Below are positions 19,135 to 28,545 of a DNA stretch of 64,000 nucleotides, piece after piece. Made by a program: the position numbers and the translations under genes. Source of the DNA: Lawsonibacter sp. (GTDB lineage: Bacteria > Bacillota > Clostridia > Oscillospirales > Oscillospiraceae). Every line of letters begins with the position of its first letter. Within the stretch, counting starts at the first letter, position 1. Where the stretch lies: NCBI GenBank assembly GCA_050943915.1, contig JBMNQB010000001.1, positions 213,712-277,711 on the forward strand. The letters run 5' to 3'. The notes under the pieces were generated by a model. The model saw only the letters and a list, made by a program, of their open reading frames with translations, had not been told where the DNA came from and ran no database searches.

Positions 19135-20594
19135 TTCTCAGCGCCCTCCTTCGCAGCTTGATTGGCCTCCATGGCCTCGACCAGACCCTGGACGCGGGTC
19201 TCATACTGGGCCTCGTTGAAGTTCCGGGGATCGGCCTGGTCGCCGTCGAAGCCGGCGCAGGGCACGCCCAGATCCTTGGTGAAGCGGCGCTGCATCTCGG
19301 CCATATAGCCGGACCAGGGCTTACAGGAGCGGTTGTAGTGGACCAGCACGCCGTCCACCTTGTTGTCCCGGCAGATGCCCTCACGCCAATCCACGCCCTG
19401 CTCGATACACACGGAGTTGGGGGCCTTGTAATAGGCGCGGGCCATCTCGTCCAGTCCGTTGTACACAAAACCGAAGGCGGGAGCGTACACCACGGCGGTG
19501 ACGTTGACGCCGTTGGCCTTCAGAGGCTTGAACAGGTTGGGCAGCTTGGGCCAGCAGGGGATGCCCTCGAACATGACGCGGTACTTCTCGGGGAAGGGGG
19601 TGGTGGTGGTGCCTTCCTTGATGGCCTTCTCCAGATCCTGCTCCAGCAGCTCAAAGGCCTCGGCGGCCTGGGGCTTGGCGCGGGCGGTCACGATGTCGGC
19701 CATGTGGTTGAACAGGTCGAAGCCGGAGTAGGGAGCGGGCTTGTACTGCAGATAGTCGCAGACGCGCAGCCAGGCGCTGGCGGTGCGGTTGGCGTTGGCA
19801 CAGGCCTGGTCGAACTTCTCCTGGTCGAACTTCTTGCCGGTCAGCTTCTCCAGCTCCTTGATGGCCTGGTCAAACTGGGCGCGGACATAGGCCACGTTGG
19901 TGTCGTGGACCTCCACGGTGTTGTTGTAGGGGATGTCGATCATGATCAGGGGGATGTTGCACATACGGGCGATGTTCTCATACCACTTGGTCATGCAGTT
20001 GCAGATGTTGTTGCAGCACAGCACGAAGTCGGGCTGGGGGATCCGCATCTGGCGGTAGGGCTTGATGGCCTCCCGGCGGAAGTTCTTATAGGCGATCTCC
20101 TTCTCGGTGGTCTCGGGCAGAGCCTCGATCTCGAAGATGTCGTCCAGAACAGTGTAGGGCACCTGGGTCTTGGGGTCCTTCTTGGGCTTGCCGGTCTCAG
20201 GGTCGATGACCACGTTGCCGTTCTCGTCCTTCAGCGGCTTGCCGCTGTTGGGATTGATGATATACTCCAGGGTCTCGGGGTCGAACTTGCGGGAAGCGCG
20301 CTTGCCGGCGGCATAGGCCAGGCTGATGCGGGCGTAGCCGCAGATGTCGTTGTCAAAGCCCAGGTCCTCGGCGGCCTGACACATGATCTCACCGTCGCGG
20401 TTGGCGGCGATGCCGGCGGCCTGGTTCTCAGGGTACATCACGTCCAGATCAAAGGCGGCGGCCAGCTCGCAGGGGAACTTGGAGCTGGACCAGCCCACCA
20501 GCTTGCCCTCAGCATGGGCACGGCGGGCGTCGGCATGAACGTCGTCCACGACCTTGCGCAGAGCCTTTACGCCAGGACTTACTTCTTTAGCCAT
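19131..20594 (-). CDS. hgdA: (R)-2-hydroxyglutaryl-CoA dehydratase alpha subunit
   Basis: YPENQAA, DICGYAR, CCNNICNCMTKWYE, NRSCKPWS, FDGDQADPRNF. Confidence 0.9.
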   Translation of the reverse strand: MAKEVSPGVKALRKVVDDVHADARRAHAEGKLVGWSSSKFPCELAAAFDLDVMYPENQAAGIAANRDGEIMCQAAEDLGFDNDICGYARISLAYAAGKRASRKFDPETLEYIINPNSGKPLKDENGNVVIDPETGKPKKDPKTQVPYTVLDDIFEIEALPETTEKEIAYKNFRREAIKPYRQMRIPQPDFVLCCNNICNCMTKWYENIARMCNIPLIMIDIPYNNTVEVHDTNVAYVRAQFDQAIKELEKLTGKKFDQEKFDQACANANRTASAWLRVCDYLQYKPAPYSGFDLFNHMADIVTARAKPQAAEAFELLEQDLEKAIKEGTTTTPFPEKYRVMFEGIPCWPKLPNLFKPLKANGVNVTAVVYAPAFGFVYNGLDEMARAYYKAPNSVCIEQGVDWREGICRDNKVDGVLVHYNRSCKPWSGYMAEMQRRFTKDLGVPCAGFDGDQADPRNFNEAQYETRVQGLVEAMEANQAAKEGAEK

Positions 20595-20702
20595 TGTAAA
20601 TTCCTCCTAACCGAATTTTGTTGTGAGGTTGATTGGATCGTTTTCCACGCGGCCCCTCCCTGCGGAGGGACTGCACTGTGGATCGCCGTGAAACGGGATC
20701 TG

Positions 20703-21497
20703 TTACCCCTTCTGCTCCTTCAGATACTTCTGATAGGCAAACAGGGCGGCGCCCAGAGCGCCGTTATACTGGGTGAGGGGCGAGGTGTGGATGGTGTGGC
20801 CCAGCTGCTCCTGAAGGGCGTTGACGATGCCGATGTTCTGGGCAACGCCGCCGGTCATGACCACCTGGTCCCGCACGCCCACCCGGTGAGCCAGACCGGC
20901 TACCCGGTTGGCCACAGAGTGGTGGATGCCGTTGATGATGTCGCACTTGTTGGTCTCCATGGAAAGCTGGCTGATGACCTCGCTTTCCGCGAACACGGTG
21001 CAGGTGGAGCTGATACCCACATACTTGGTGGACTGGGAGCCCAGGGTCCCCAGGTCCTCCACCTTCACCTCCAGCACCCGGGCCATCACGTCCAGGAACC
21101 GGCCGGTGCCGGCGGCACACTTGTCGTTCATCACGAAGTTGGTCATCACGCCGTTGTCGATCTGGAGCACCTTCACGTCCTGGCCGCCGATGTCGATCAC
21201 AGTGTGAACGTCGGGGAACAGGAAGGTGGCGCCCCGGGCGTGACAGCTCAGCTCGCTCATCTGGTGGTCGGCGATCTCCTCCAGGGAGTTCCGGCCATAG
21301 CCGGTGGCCAGGGTATAGGCCATATCTGCCTCGGTCTTACCGGCCTTCTCCAGCACCTCAGCGATGGCCCGCTGGGGACCGCTGGTGCCGGCGCCCACCG
21401 CGATCAGGGACTTGGCCACGATCTCCTTGCCGTCTTTCAGCATCACACACTTGGAGGCGGTAGACCCGATATCAATTCCTAAGGTATAAATACTCAT
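20703..21497 (-). CDS. hgdC: ATP-dependent dehydratase activator
   Basis: GIDIGSTASK, ATGYGR, DIGGQD, NDKCAAGTGRFL, STCTVFAESEVIS. Confidence 0.92.
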   Translation of the reverse strand: MSIYTLGIDIGSTASKCVMLKDGKEIVAKSLIAVGAGTSGPQRAIAEVLEKAGKTEADMAYTLATGYGRNSLEEIADHQMSELSCHARGATFLFPDVHTVIDIGGQDVKVLQIDNGVMTNFVMNDKCAAGTGRFLDVMARVLEVKVEDLGTLGSQSTKYVGISSTCTVFAESEVISQLSMETNKCDIINGIHHSVANRVAGLAHRVGVRDQVVMTGGVAQNIGIVNALQEQLGHTIHTSPLTQYNGALGAALFAYQKYLKEQKG

Positions 21498-21603
21498 ATC
21501 TGATGATTCTCCATGCTTTGAAATTTTGTTCGGGGAACCCTCCGCCCCAAAAACGCTGTTCTCCGGGCGCGGGAGCACCGCTCCCGCGCCCGTGTTGAAT
21601 TTC

Positions 21604-23367
21604 TTACTTCTTCAGGCTGTCGTAGTCCTTGATGGTGCGGGGCAGCAGCATCTGATGGAAGGGGCAGATGCTCTCGGGGTTCTGGTAGCAGGAATCGGTG
21701 AAGGCCACGATGTAGTTGCGCATCATGGGCATATCCACGATCTCGTCCACCAGACCGGCCTGGGCACAGAACAGAGGCTTGGACTTCACGTCGTAGTCAT
21801 CGATCAGAGCGTTCATCTTGTCGATGGTGGGCTGCAGATCCTTGCCCGCCTTCTGGTCCTTGGCCAGACGGCCGGTGTACATGGCGTTGGCGGCGGTCTT
21901 GCCGTTCATGACGTTGATCTCAGTGGCGGCGGTGCCCAGAGAGAAGGCGTTGTTGTCGTTGCCCTGGGGGCCGCCCAGGACGTAGTGAGCGGCGGCGGTG
22001 CCGCGGCGCAGGGTGATCTCCATCATGGGCAGCTTGCTGTTCTGGATGGAATAGATCAGGGACTGGCCCAGACCCAGCAGCTCGGCGACCTCGGCGTCAT
22101 CGCCCACGTCGATGCCGGTGGTATCCTGGATCCAGATCATGGGCAGGCGGTCACGGGCACACAGGGTGACAAACTCGTTCATCTTGATCAGGCCCTGGCG
22201 GTACAGCTTGCCGCCGGCGCCCATGGACTGGCCGTACTTCTCCATCTTGTACTCGGGGTAGTTGGGGAACACGCCCTGCTGGTTGGCCACCACGCCCACC
22301 AGAAGGCCGTCCACCTTGGCGATGCCGGTGATCATCTCAGGACCATAGCCCTTCTTGTACTCCATGAACTGGCTGCCGTCAAACAGGCGGGCGATAACAG
22401 AGTACATATCATAGGGGCGGTTCTTGTTGTTCAGCACCAGGTCATACAGCTCCACGTCGGAGGCGGCGGGAGACTGGGGCTCATCCACGCGGAAGAACTC
22501 CAGGTCGTAGGTGGGCAGCATATCCACATACTTCTTGATGCCGGCGATAACGCCCTCCTGCTCGGTGTACACCTCGCGGAAGAAGCCGGTGACGCCGTAG
22601 TGGATGGAGACAGATCCGGGAGGATCGGCACGCAGGCCCTTGGTGGCCTCGATCTGGGCCAGGGCAGCCTCCATGTCCACATGGGGCTTGGGGTTCATGC
22701 CGCCCACGATGCCGGCGCCGCCCACGGCCATGTTGGCCTTCTCATGGGCGATCAGCACGGTGGGAGAGATGGAATGGTAGCCGCCGCCGGCGGGGTTGGT
22801 GCCGTGGATGCCCACGATGACGGGGATGCCCATCTGGTTCAGCTCGGAGTTGCGGTAGAAGGGAGTGCCGCCGCCCCGGCGGTTGGGGTACACCTTCTCC
22901 TGCTTGTCCAGCTCCACGCCGGCGCACTCCAGCAGGTAGATCAGGGGGATGCGCAGACGCTTGGCCGTGTCAGAGCCGCGGAGCAGGTTGTCCGCCTGGC
23001 CGGGCACCCAGGTGCCGGCGTGCTTCTTGTTGTCGGAAGCGATGATGCAGCACCACTTGCCGTTGACGCGGCCCAGGCCCTTGACGATGGAGGTGGTGCC
23101 GGTCTTGTTGTGCTCGGGGTTATACAGGCTGTTCAGGGGGCACCAGGTGCCGGGATCCACCAGCAGGGCGACGCGCTGCATGGCAGTGAGCTGGCCCTTG
23201 GCGTTCATGGCCTCGTCGGCCTTGCCGTTGTTCAGGCCCTCCACAACGTGGGCGTGGATGTCGTCCTCGATGGCCCGCAGCTCGGCCACGTTCTCCGCGT
23301 TGGCGCGGACGGGCTTGCCGACGGTGGGCATATTCTGGAAATAGCGGGGCATGGAATAATTACCCAT
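21604..23367 (-). CDS. gcdA: Glutaconyl-CoA decarboxylase alpha (carboxyltransferase) subunit
   Basis: MGNYSMPRYFQNMP N-terminus, two carboxyltransferase domains, GTAAAHYVLGGP. Confidence 0.92.
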   Translation of the reverse strand: MGNYSMPRYFQNMPTVGKPVRANAENVAELRAIEDDIHAHVVEGLNNGKADEAMNAKGQLTAMQRVALLVDPGTWCPLNSLYNPEHNKTGTTSIVKGLGRVNGKWCCIIASDNKKHAGTWVPGQADNLLRGSDTAKRLRIPLIYLLECAGVELDKQEKVYPNRRGGGTPFYRNSELNQMGIPVIVGIHGTNPAGGGYHSISPTVLIAHEKANMAVGGAGIVGGMNPKPHVDMEAALAQIEATKGLRADPPGSVSIHYGVTGFFREVYTEQEGVIAGIKKYVDMLPTYDLEFFRVDEPQSPAASDVELYDLVLNNKNRPYDMYSVIARLFDGSQFMEYKKGYGPEMITGIAKVDGLLVGVVANQQGVFPNYPEYKMEKYGQSMGAGGKLYRQGLIKMNEFVTLCARDRLPMIWIQDTTGIDVGDDAEVAELLGLGQSLIYSIQNSKLPMMEITLRRGTAAAHYVLGGPQGNDNNAFSLGTAATEINVMNGKTAANAMYTGRLAKDQKAGKDLQPTIDKMNALIDDYDVKSKPLFCAQAGLVDEIVDMPMMRNYIVAFTDSCYQNPESICPFHQMLLPRTIKDYDSLKK

Positions 23368-23448
23368 GTTAACTCCTCCTATATAATGTTTGATTTCAGC
23401 AGGTGCGGCGGCTTCAGCCGCCGCACCTGGGGATCATAAAAGCTTGGA

Positions 23449-24258
23449 TCAGTCCTTGGGGACCTTGATGAAGGCCTGGCCAGGATCGATCTCCTCGCGG
23501 ATGAGCTTGATGATCTCGGGGCCGGGGCCCTCCATCAGCTCAGCGCGGGACACGTCCACCTCGAAGCCGGTGTTCTCCTGGACCATCTCGGGGGAGGAGA
23601 ACGGATAGTAATAGGCCAGATACATCCGCTTGGTCTCCTCGTCGAACTTCATGATGCCCAGGTCGGTGACCACCATCTGGGGACCGCGGTTGCCGGGCAG
23701 GCCGACCTTCTCACGGCCGCCGGGGCCGTCCATCCAGCCGCAGGAGGTGATGTAGTCGATCTTCTCCATGAAGCGGCGCTTCTGGTGCTGCATCATGATG
23801 ATGGTGTTGCAGTAAGTGGCGATGCCGTTGGCGCCGCCGGAGCCGGTGAAGCGGGTCTGGGGCTTGACATAGTCGCCCTTGCCGTAGATGCAGGTGGAGT
23901 TCACGTTGCCGTAGGGATCGATCTGGGCGCCGCCGATGAAGGCGACCAGGCGGTCCTCGTCGTGCAGCCACTCATTGGCCTCGAAGCCGATGAAGCGGAT
24001 GTTGGGCCACTGCACAGCGCAGTGAGCCATGAAGCGGTTGTCACCCACGGAGCGGGGGACCTCCACGGGGGAGCAGTCCATCAGGCCGCTCTCCACGATG
24101 GGGTGGCAGGAGGGGCAGACCGCCCGCTTGGCCAGGGAGGCGCCGATCAGGGGAAGGCCGGTGCCCACGATGACGATCTGGTTCTCTTTGATGTTCTTAG
24201 CAATGGCGTAAGCCTGCATTTCCTGCTTGGTATACTTTGTATAATCAGACATTGTCAT
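23449..24258 (-). CDS. gctB: Glutaconate CoA-transferase beta subunit
   Basis: YTKQEMQA, IVGTGLP, catalytic IVESG, GGAQIDPYGNVN, GSGGAN. Confidence 0.9.
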   Translation of the reverse strand: MTMSDYTKYTKQEMQAYAIAKNIKENQIVIVGTGLPLIGASLAKRAVCPSCHPIVESGLMDCSPVEVPRSVGDNRFMAHCAVQWPNIRFIGFEANEWLHDEDRLVAFIGGAQIDPYGNVNSTCIYGKGDYVKPQTRFTGSGGANGIATYCNTIIMMQHQKRRFMEKIDYITSCGWMDGPGGREKVGLPGNRGPQMVVTDLGIMKFDEETKRMYLAYYYPFSSPEMVQENTGFEVDVSRAELMEGPGPEIIKLIREEIDPGQAFIKVPKD

Positions 24259-24275
24259 AACCTCCCAACTTCAAC

Positions 24276-25373
24276 TTAGTGTCTGGTGGAATAACCCAGG
24301 TGGGGCTCATTCTTCAGGCGCATCAGACGGGAACCGCCCACCTTGTCCAGCAGATCCTCATTGTCCTTCACGCTGTAAACCCACTTCTCCAGATAATCCT
24401 TGAAGGTCTCGGGGATGGCCACGCCGGCGGCGGCATCCTCAGCGGCCTTCTTGGCCTTGGCAGCAGCCTCAGCCAGCTTGGCGTCGTCAGGCTTGGCGGC
24501 GGCGGCCTTCTCAGCCTTGGCAGCGGCCTTGGCCAGCTGAGCCTTGGCGTCCTCGGCATCCTGATACTTGGAGGCCTTGTCGTACTCCTTCAGAGCGTGG
24601 GAGTCGTTGTCGTAGTAGTTATAGCACTGGGAGGGCCAGGCGCCGTAGGGGCAGTGGACGACTGCGCTGACGCACTCGCCGAAAATGCGGGTCAGGGTGG
24701 GATCGCGGCGGATGTACTCGTCGCTCACCAGCTCCTCACAGGTCACGATGACCTTGCGGGCGGCCACGGCCACGTCAACGTCGTGGAACTCGTCGCCCTC
24801 GATGATGCAGGTTCCGTCGGGGCTGGCCTTCTGCACATGGATGATGGCGGTGTCCAGCTTGGGCACGGGGACCGCGACCACCTTCTCGCCGGGCTTGAAG
24901 GGGTTGTCGATCTCGACGCACTTCAGGTCGTCCACCTTCTCCAGGGTCTTGCGCTGCTCCTCGCTGATGCCCCAGTACTTCATCAGGCCAGAGCCCTGCA
25001 TCAGACGGACGGGCAGGAAGGGCAGGCCCAGGGAGGCGGCGTGGAGCTGGAGCATCAGGACATCCTGAGAGTAGTCCTCATAGGTCAGCTCGCCCTTCTC
25101 AATGGCAGCGCGGAAGCGGCGGGAGACGTTGGTGTAGCCGGAGTTGGCGGTGTAGCAGTTGATGTACGCCTTGACGCGGCCTTCACCGATCATCATATCC
25201 CAGTCGCCGCCGGCAGGACCAGCCCAGACGGTGAAGTCCGTCTGACCCTGGCGCAGGATCTCGCCCACAGCGGCGTAGGGCTTCCGGTTCGTCGTAAAGC
25301 CGCCGAAGCAGATGCAGTCTCCGCTCTCGACGAATTTCGCGACCGCGTCGTGCAAGGTGTATACTTTGTTCAT
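24276..25373 (-). CDS. gctA: Glutaconate CoA-transferase alpha subunit
   Basis: GGFTTNRKPYA, CYTANSG, EDYSQ, HVQKASPDG. Confidence 0.9.
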   Translation of the reverse strand: MNKVYTLHDAVAKFVESGDCICFGGFTTNRKPYAAVGEILRQGQTDFTVWAGPAGGDWDMMIGEGRVKAYINCYTANSGYTNVSRRFRAAIEKGELTYEDYSQDVLMLQLHAASLGLPFLPVRLMQGSGLMKYWGISEEQRKTLEKVDDLKCVEIDNPFKPGEKVVAVPVPKLDTAIIHVQKASPDGTCIIEGDEFHDVDVAVAARKVIVTCEELVSDEYIRRDPTLTRIFGECVSAVVHCPYGAWPSQCYNYYDNDSHALKEYDKASKYQDAEDAKAQLAKAAAKAEKAAAAKPDDAKLAEAAAKAKKAAEDAAAGVAIPETFKDYLEKWVYSVKDNEDLLDKVGGSRLMRLKNEPHLGYSTRH

Positions 25374-25468
25374 AAATAAAACCCCCATTACACTAATTGT
25401 TTTGATGTACTCCCCGCGGCCCTTGAGGCCGCGGCTCTAAACGAGGTATGCGCGGTTCATCAAGTGCC

Positions 25469-25546
25469 AGTGTAGCACAAGATATGCAAAAGGTCTTTGG
25501 GGAATTTGGCAAAAAGTTTGCATATCTTCGCTTCCTATGCTATAAT
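25469..25546. promoter_or_regulatory. Divergent gct/araC promoter region with a 12 bp inverted repeat
   Basis: Plus strand TTGCAT (25518)-N17-TATAAT (25541); minus strand TG-N-TACACT (25469-25474); AAGATATGCAAA (25479-25490) / TTTGCATATCTT (25517-25528). Confidence 0.65.
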
Positions 25547-25626
25547 ATCACAGAAAGCAAAAACAGGCAAGTATTTTCGGATTTTTTTGCCCATTTTGTA
25601 CAGTACATCCATAGGAGGCCCCCAGA

Positions 25627-26469
25627 ATGACCAATGTGGATTTCCACCTTCAGCTCAACCATAACGACACCTGGAGCATGAGTCGCCTGCACTTTCACGA
25701 CTACTGCGAGCTGCTGCTCCCCCTGACCAGTCCGGGCAACATTTTTGTCAATGACCAGGTCTATCCCCTGCGCCGGGGGACCCTCTATCTCATTGGGGAA
25801 AATACCCTGCACCGCACCATCGCCACCGGTTTTCACGCCCGCTATGTGCTGCATATCGGCCTGAAGGCCCTCACCGCCCTTTCCACCCCCCAGACCGACT
25901 TCACTCAGATCGGAAACGCCTCATTCCTCCGGGCCGGGATGACCAATGAACAGATGATCGGCATCATTGAACGCTTTCAGGCCCTGGAGCGCAACAAAAA
26001 TGACGGCAGCTTCGGCAGCGACATCCACCAGACTGTTGCCCTTCTGGACCTTTTGATCCAGGTAGCCCCCCTGCTCAACGCCGCGACCGCCGGAGAGGCC
26101 ATCCGCAACAAGGATTTTCTCCGGGTCGCCCCCATTTTGGACTATATCCGTGACAACCTGGCCGAGCCCCTCACGCTGGACCAGATCGCCGGCAAATTTT
26201 TCATCAGCAAGCACTACCTCTGCCGGGTCTTTAAGTCCGCCACCGGCTTTTCCGTGATGGAGTACATTATTTACAGCCGGGTGCTCCGGGCCCGCCAGCT
26301 GCTCAAAGAAGGGGTCAGCGTCCAGCAGGCCGGAGAGCTTTCCGGATTTTCCGACAACTCCCACTTCATCCGCACCTTCGGCCACCTCACCGGGACCTCC
26401 CCCGGCCGGTATGCCCGTGAGTACCTCAGCAGCAGCGCTTTGGTCCTTCCCGACGGCTCCAAGCGATGA
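25627..26469 (+). CDS. AraC-family regulator (cupin plus double HTH)
   Basis: LHFHDYCE cupin; ISKHYLCRVFKSATG and GFSDNSHFIRTF HTHs. Confidence 0.92.
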   Translation: MTNVDFHLQLNHNDTWSMSRLHFHDYCELLLPLTSPGNIFVNDQVYPLRRGTLYLIGENTLHRTIATGFHARYVLHIGLKALTALSTPQTDFTQIGNASFLRAGMTNEQMIGIIERFQALERNKNDGSFGSDIHQTVALLDLLIQVAPLLNAATAGEAIRNKDFLRVAPILDYIRDNLAEPLTLDQIAGKFFISKHYLCRVFKSATGFSVMEYIIYSRVLRARQLLKEGVSVQQAGELSGFSDNSHFIRTFGHLTGTSPGRYAREYLSSSALVLPDGSKR

Positions 26470-26602
26470 ACTCCGCTGTGTCAACATCTGCAAATTTTTA
26501 TCTAAAGCCGGATTTTGTGCAGTTCTCCAGATTTTATTCCCGCTCCCGTCACAAGAGCCCGGGCGGCAGGCACTGTGCCTGCCGCCCGGGCTCTCTGCTC
26601 CT

Positions 26603-27067
26603 TTATGGGCGGGACCTTTCGATCTGATCCAGCAGCCCCCGACAGCCCGCCAGGACATCCCGGTAGGTCTCCTCAAAATCCCCGGTATACCAGGGGTCGG
26701 CGATCTCCTCCCCAGGACGTCCGGCGTGGTCCAGCAGCAGGGACAGCTTTCCATCCGGATCCCCGCCCAGCATCCGCCCCATATTGCGCAGATTGGCATG
26801 GTCCATCCCAACCAGGAAATCATACTCCTGATAGTCCTCCCGCCGGAGCTGGCGGGCCGTCTTTCCTGCACAGCTGATCTGGTGCTCTGCCAGCTTGCGC
26901 CGGGCCGGCGGATAGACCGGGTTTCCGATCTCCTCTGTGCTGGTGGCAGCGGACGCGACCTGCACCGCCCCCTCCAGCCCGGCCTGGCGGACCAGGTCCT
27001 TCATCACAAACTCTGCCATAGGGCTTCTGCAAATATTGCCGTGGCACACGAAAAGTATCTTTTTCAT
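26603..27067 (-). CDS. Low-molecular-weight protein tyrosine phosphatase
   Basis: FVCHGNICRSPMAE P-loop, IADPWYTGDF. Confidence 0.93.
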   Translation of the reverse strand: MKKILFVCHGNICRSPMAEFVMKDLVRQAGLEGAVQVASAATSTEEIGNPVYPPARRKLAEHQISCAGKTARQLRREDYQEYDFLVGMDHANLRNMGRMLGGDPDGKLSLLLDHAGRPGEEIADPWYTGDFEETYRDVLAGCRGLLDQIERSRP

Positions 27068-27317
27068 CTGATCACACATCCTTATCCATCCTGCTCCGAG
27101 CCGAGCTCCTCCCGTCCCCGCCGGGCCCTCTGACCCCCTATTTTCCAGCCCTTCTATCATACCACGCCGCCCGCCGGGGCTCAAACCCTTTTTATGCGGG
27201 TCCTGCTGTAATCCAGCCCTGTTTCCCGCCTTAAAATCGTGGAGATTAGGGATTGCATCAGTGGGAAAAAGCGAGTACAATAAGGAAGATTTGTTGTAAA
27301 AATGAGGTGTAGAATCC

Positions 27318-28034
27318 ATGAAGCGAAAAGCCTTGGCCGCCGCCTTTCCGGCGACGGTTCCGGTTTTGATGGGATACCTGGCCATCGGCATGGCCTTTGG
27401 CCTGATGCTGGAGACAGCAGGCTACGGCGTGGGCTGGGCTCTGCTGATGAGCGTGACCATCTATGCAGGCTCGGGACAGTACCTGGGCGTCTCTCTGCTG
27501 GCCACCGGGGCTTCTCTGAGCCAGGTGGCGTTTTTAACGCTGATGATCAATTTCCGCCACCTGGTGTACGGCCTTTCCATGCTGGAAAAGTTCCGGGGAA
27601 TGGGCGCCCGGAAGTTTTACATGATCTTCTCCCTGACCGACGAGACCTATGCCCTGCTCAGCTCCGCCCGGGCCCCGGCAGGGGTGGAGGAGCACGACTA
27701 CTACTTTGCCGTAGCCATGCTGGACCACAGCTACTGGATCCTGGGGTCGGTCCTGGGGTCTGTGCTGGGCGCCGCCCTGGGGCTGGACACCACCGGAGTG
27801 GACTTCGCCATGACGGCTCTGTTCCTGGTCATCGCCGTGGGCCAGTGGAAAAAGGCCGGGAGCCATCTCCCCGCCCTGCTGGGGGGTGCGGCCACCCTGC
27901 TCAGTCTGATGCTGGTGGGGGCAGAGGAGATGCTCCTCCCCGCTCTGGGCATGATCGTTCTGGCACTGACCGCCCTGCGTCCCAAGCTGGACGACTGCTG
28001 TGAGGAGAAAAAGGAGGAAGTACCATGCAGCTGA
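27318..28034 (+). CDS. azlC: AzlC-family branched-chain amino acid exporter, large subunit
   Basis: PVLMGY, IYAGSGQY, INFRHLVYGLS, LTDETYAL. Confidence 0.9.
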   Translation: MKRKALAAAFPATVPVLMGYLAIGMAFGLMLETAGYGVGWALLMSVTIYAGSGQYLGVSLLATGASLSQVAFLTLMINFRHLVYGLSMLEKFRGMGARKFYMIFSLTDETYALLSSARAPAGVEEHDYYFAVAMLDHSYWILGSVLGSVLGAALGLDTTGVDFAMTALFLVIAVGQWKKAGSHLPALLGGAATLLSLMLVGAEEMLLPALGMIVLALTALRPKLDDCCEEKKEEVPCS

Positions 28035-28360
28035 CCGCCGCGGAGGCGCTGGCCTCTATCGCCGTCATGTCCGCCGTGACCTTTTTGACCCGGGCCCTGC
28101 CCTTTCTGCTGTTTGACCGCGGGGAGCATCCCCCTAAAATCGTGCTGTACCTGGGCAAGGTCCTGCCCCCCGCCATCATCGCCATGCTGATCGTCTACTG
28201 CATGAAGGGGGTCTCCTTCTCCGCCCCGGCGGGGTGGGTCCCCACTCTGCTGGCCGGCGCGGCGGCGGTGCTCCTCCACCTCTGGAAGGGCAACGACCTG
28301 ATCTCTATATTTGGGGCCACCGGACTCTATATGGTCCTGGTCCAAGGCGTATTCGCGTGA
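28025..28360 (+). CDS. azlD: AzlD-family exporter, small subunit
   Basis: TFLTRALPFLLF, LPPAIIAMLIVYC, LHLWK. Confidence 0.9.
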   Translation: MQLTAAEALASIAVMSAVTFLTRALPFLLFDRGEHPPKIVLYLGKVLPPAIIAMLIVYCMKGVSFSAPAGWVPTLLAGAAAVLLHLWKGNDLISIFGATGLYMVLVQGVFA

Positions 28361-28545
28361 TCCAAACGCCATACATTGAAAGGGCGCGTCCCGGCCACAG
28401 CCGGAGCGCGCCTGAGACTGTCAAAAAAGCGGCACAGCCGCTTTTTCGCGAAGGATCACACGAAGGCGGCAGAACTCCTTGCAGGAGGGCTTTTTCGATC
28501 AGCAGAGGCGCACGGCAAAAGCCGTGCGCCTCTGCTTCTGCAAAC

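Noticed and set aside
20100-20300. Low-complexity DPETGKP-like segment in HgdA as a novel insertion
   Set aside because: I recall a comparable segment in characterised HgdA proteins; not distinctive without an alignment.
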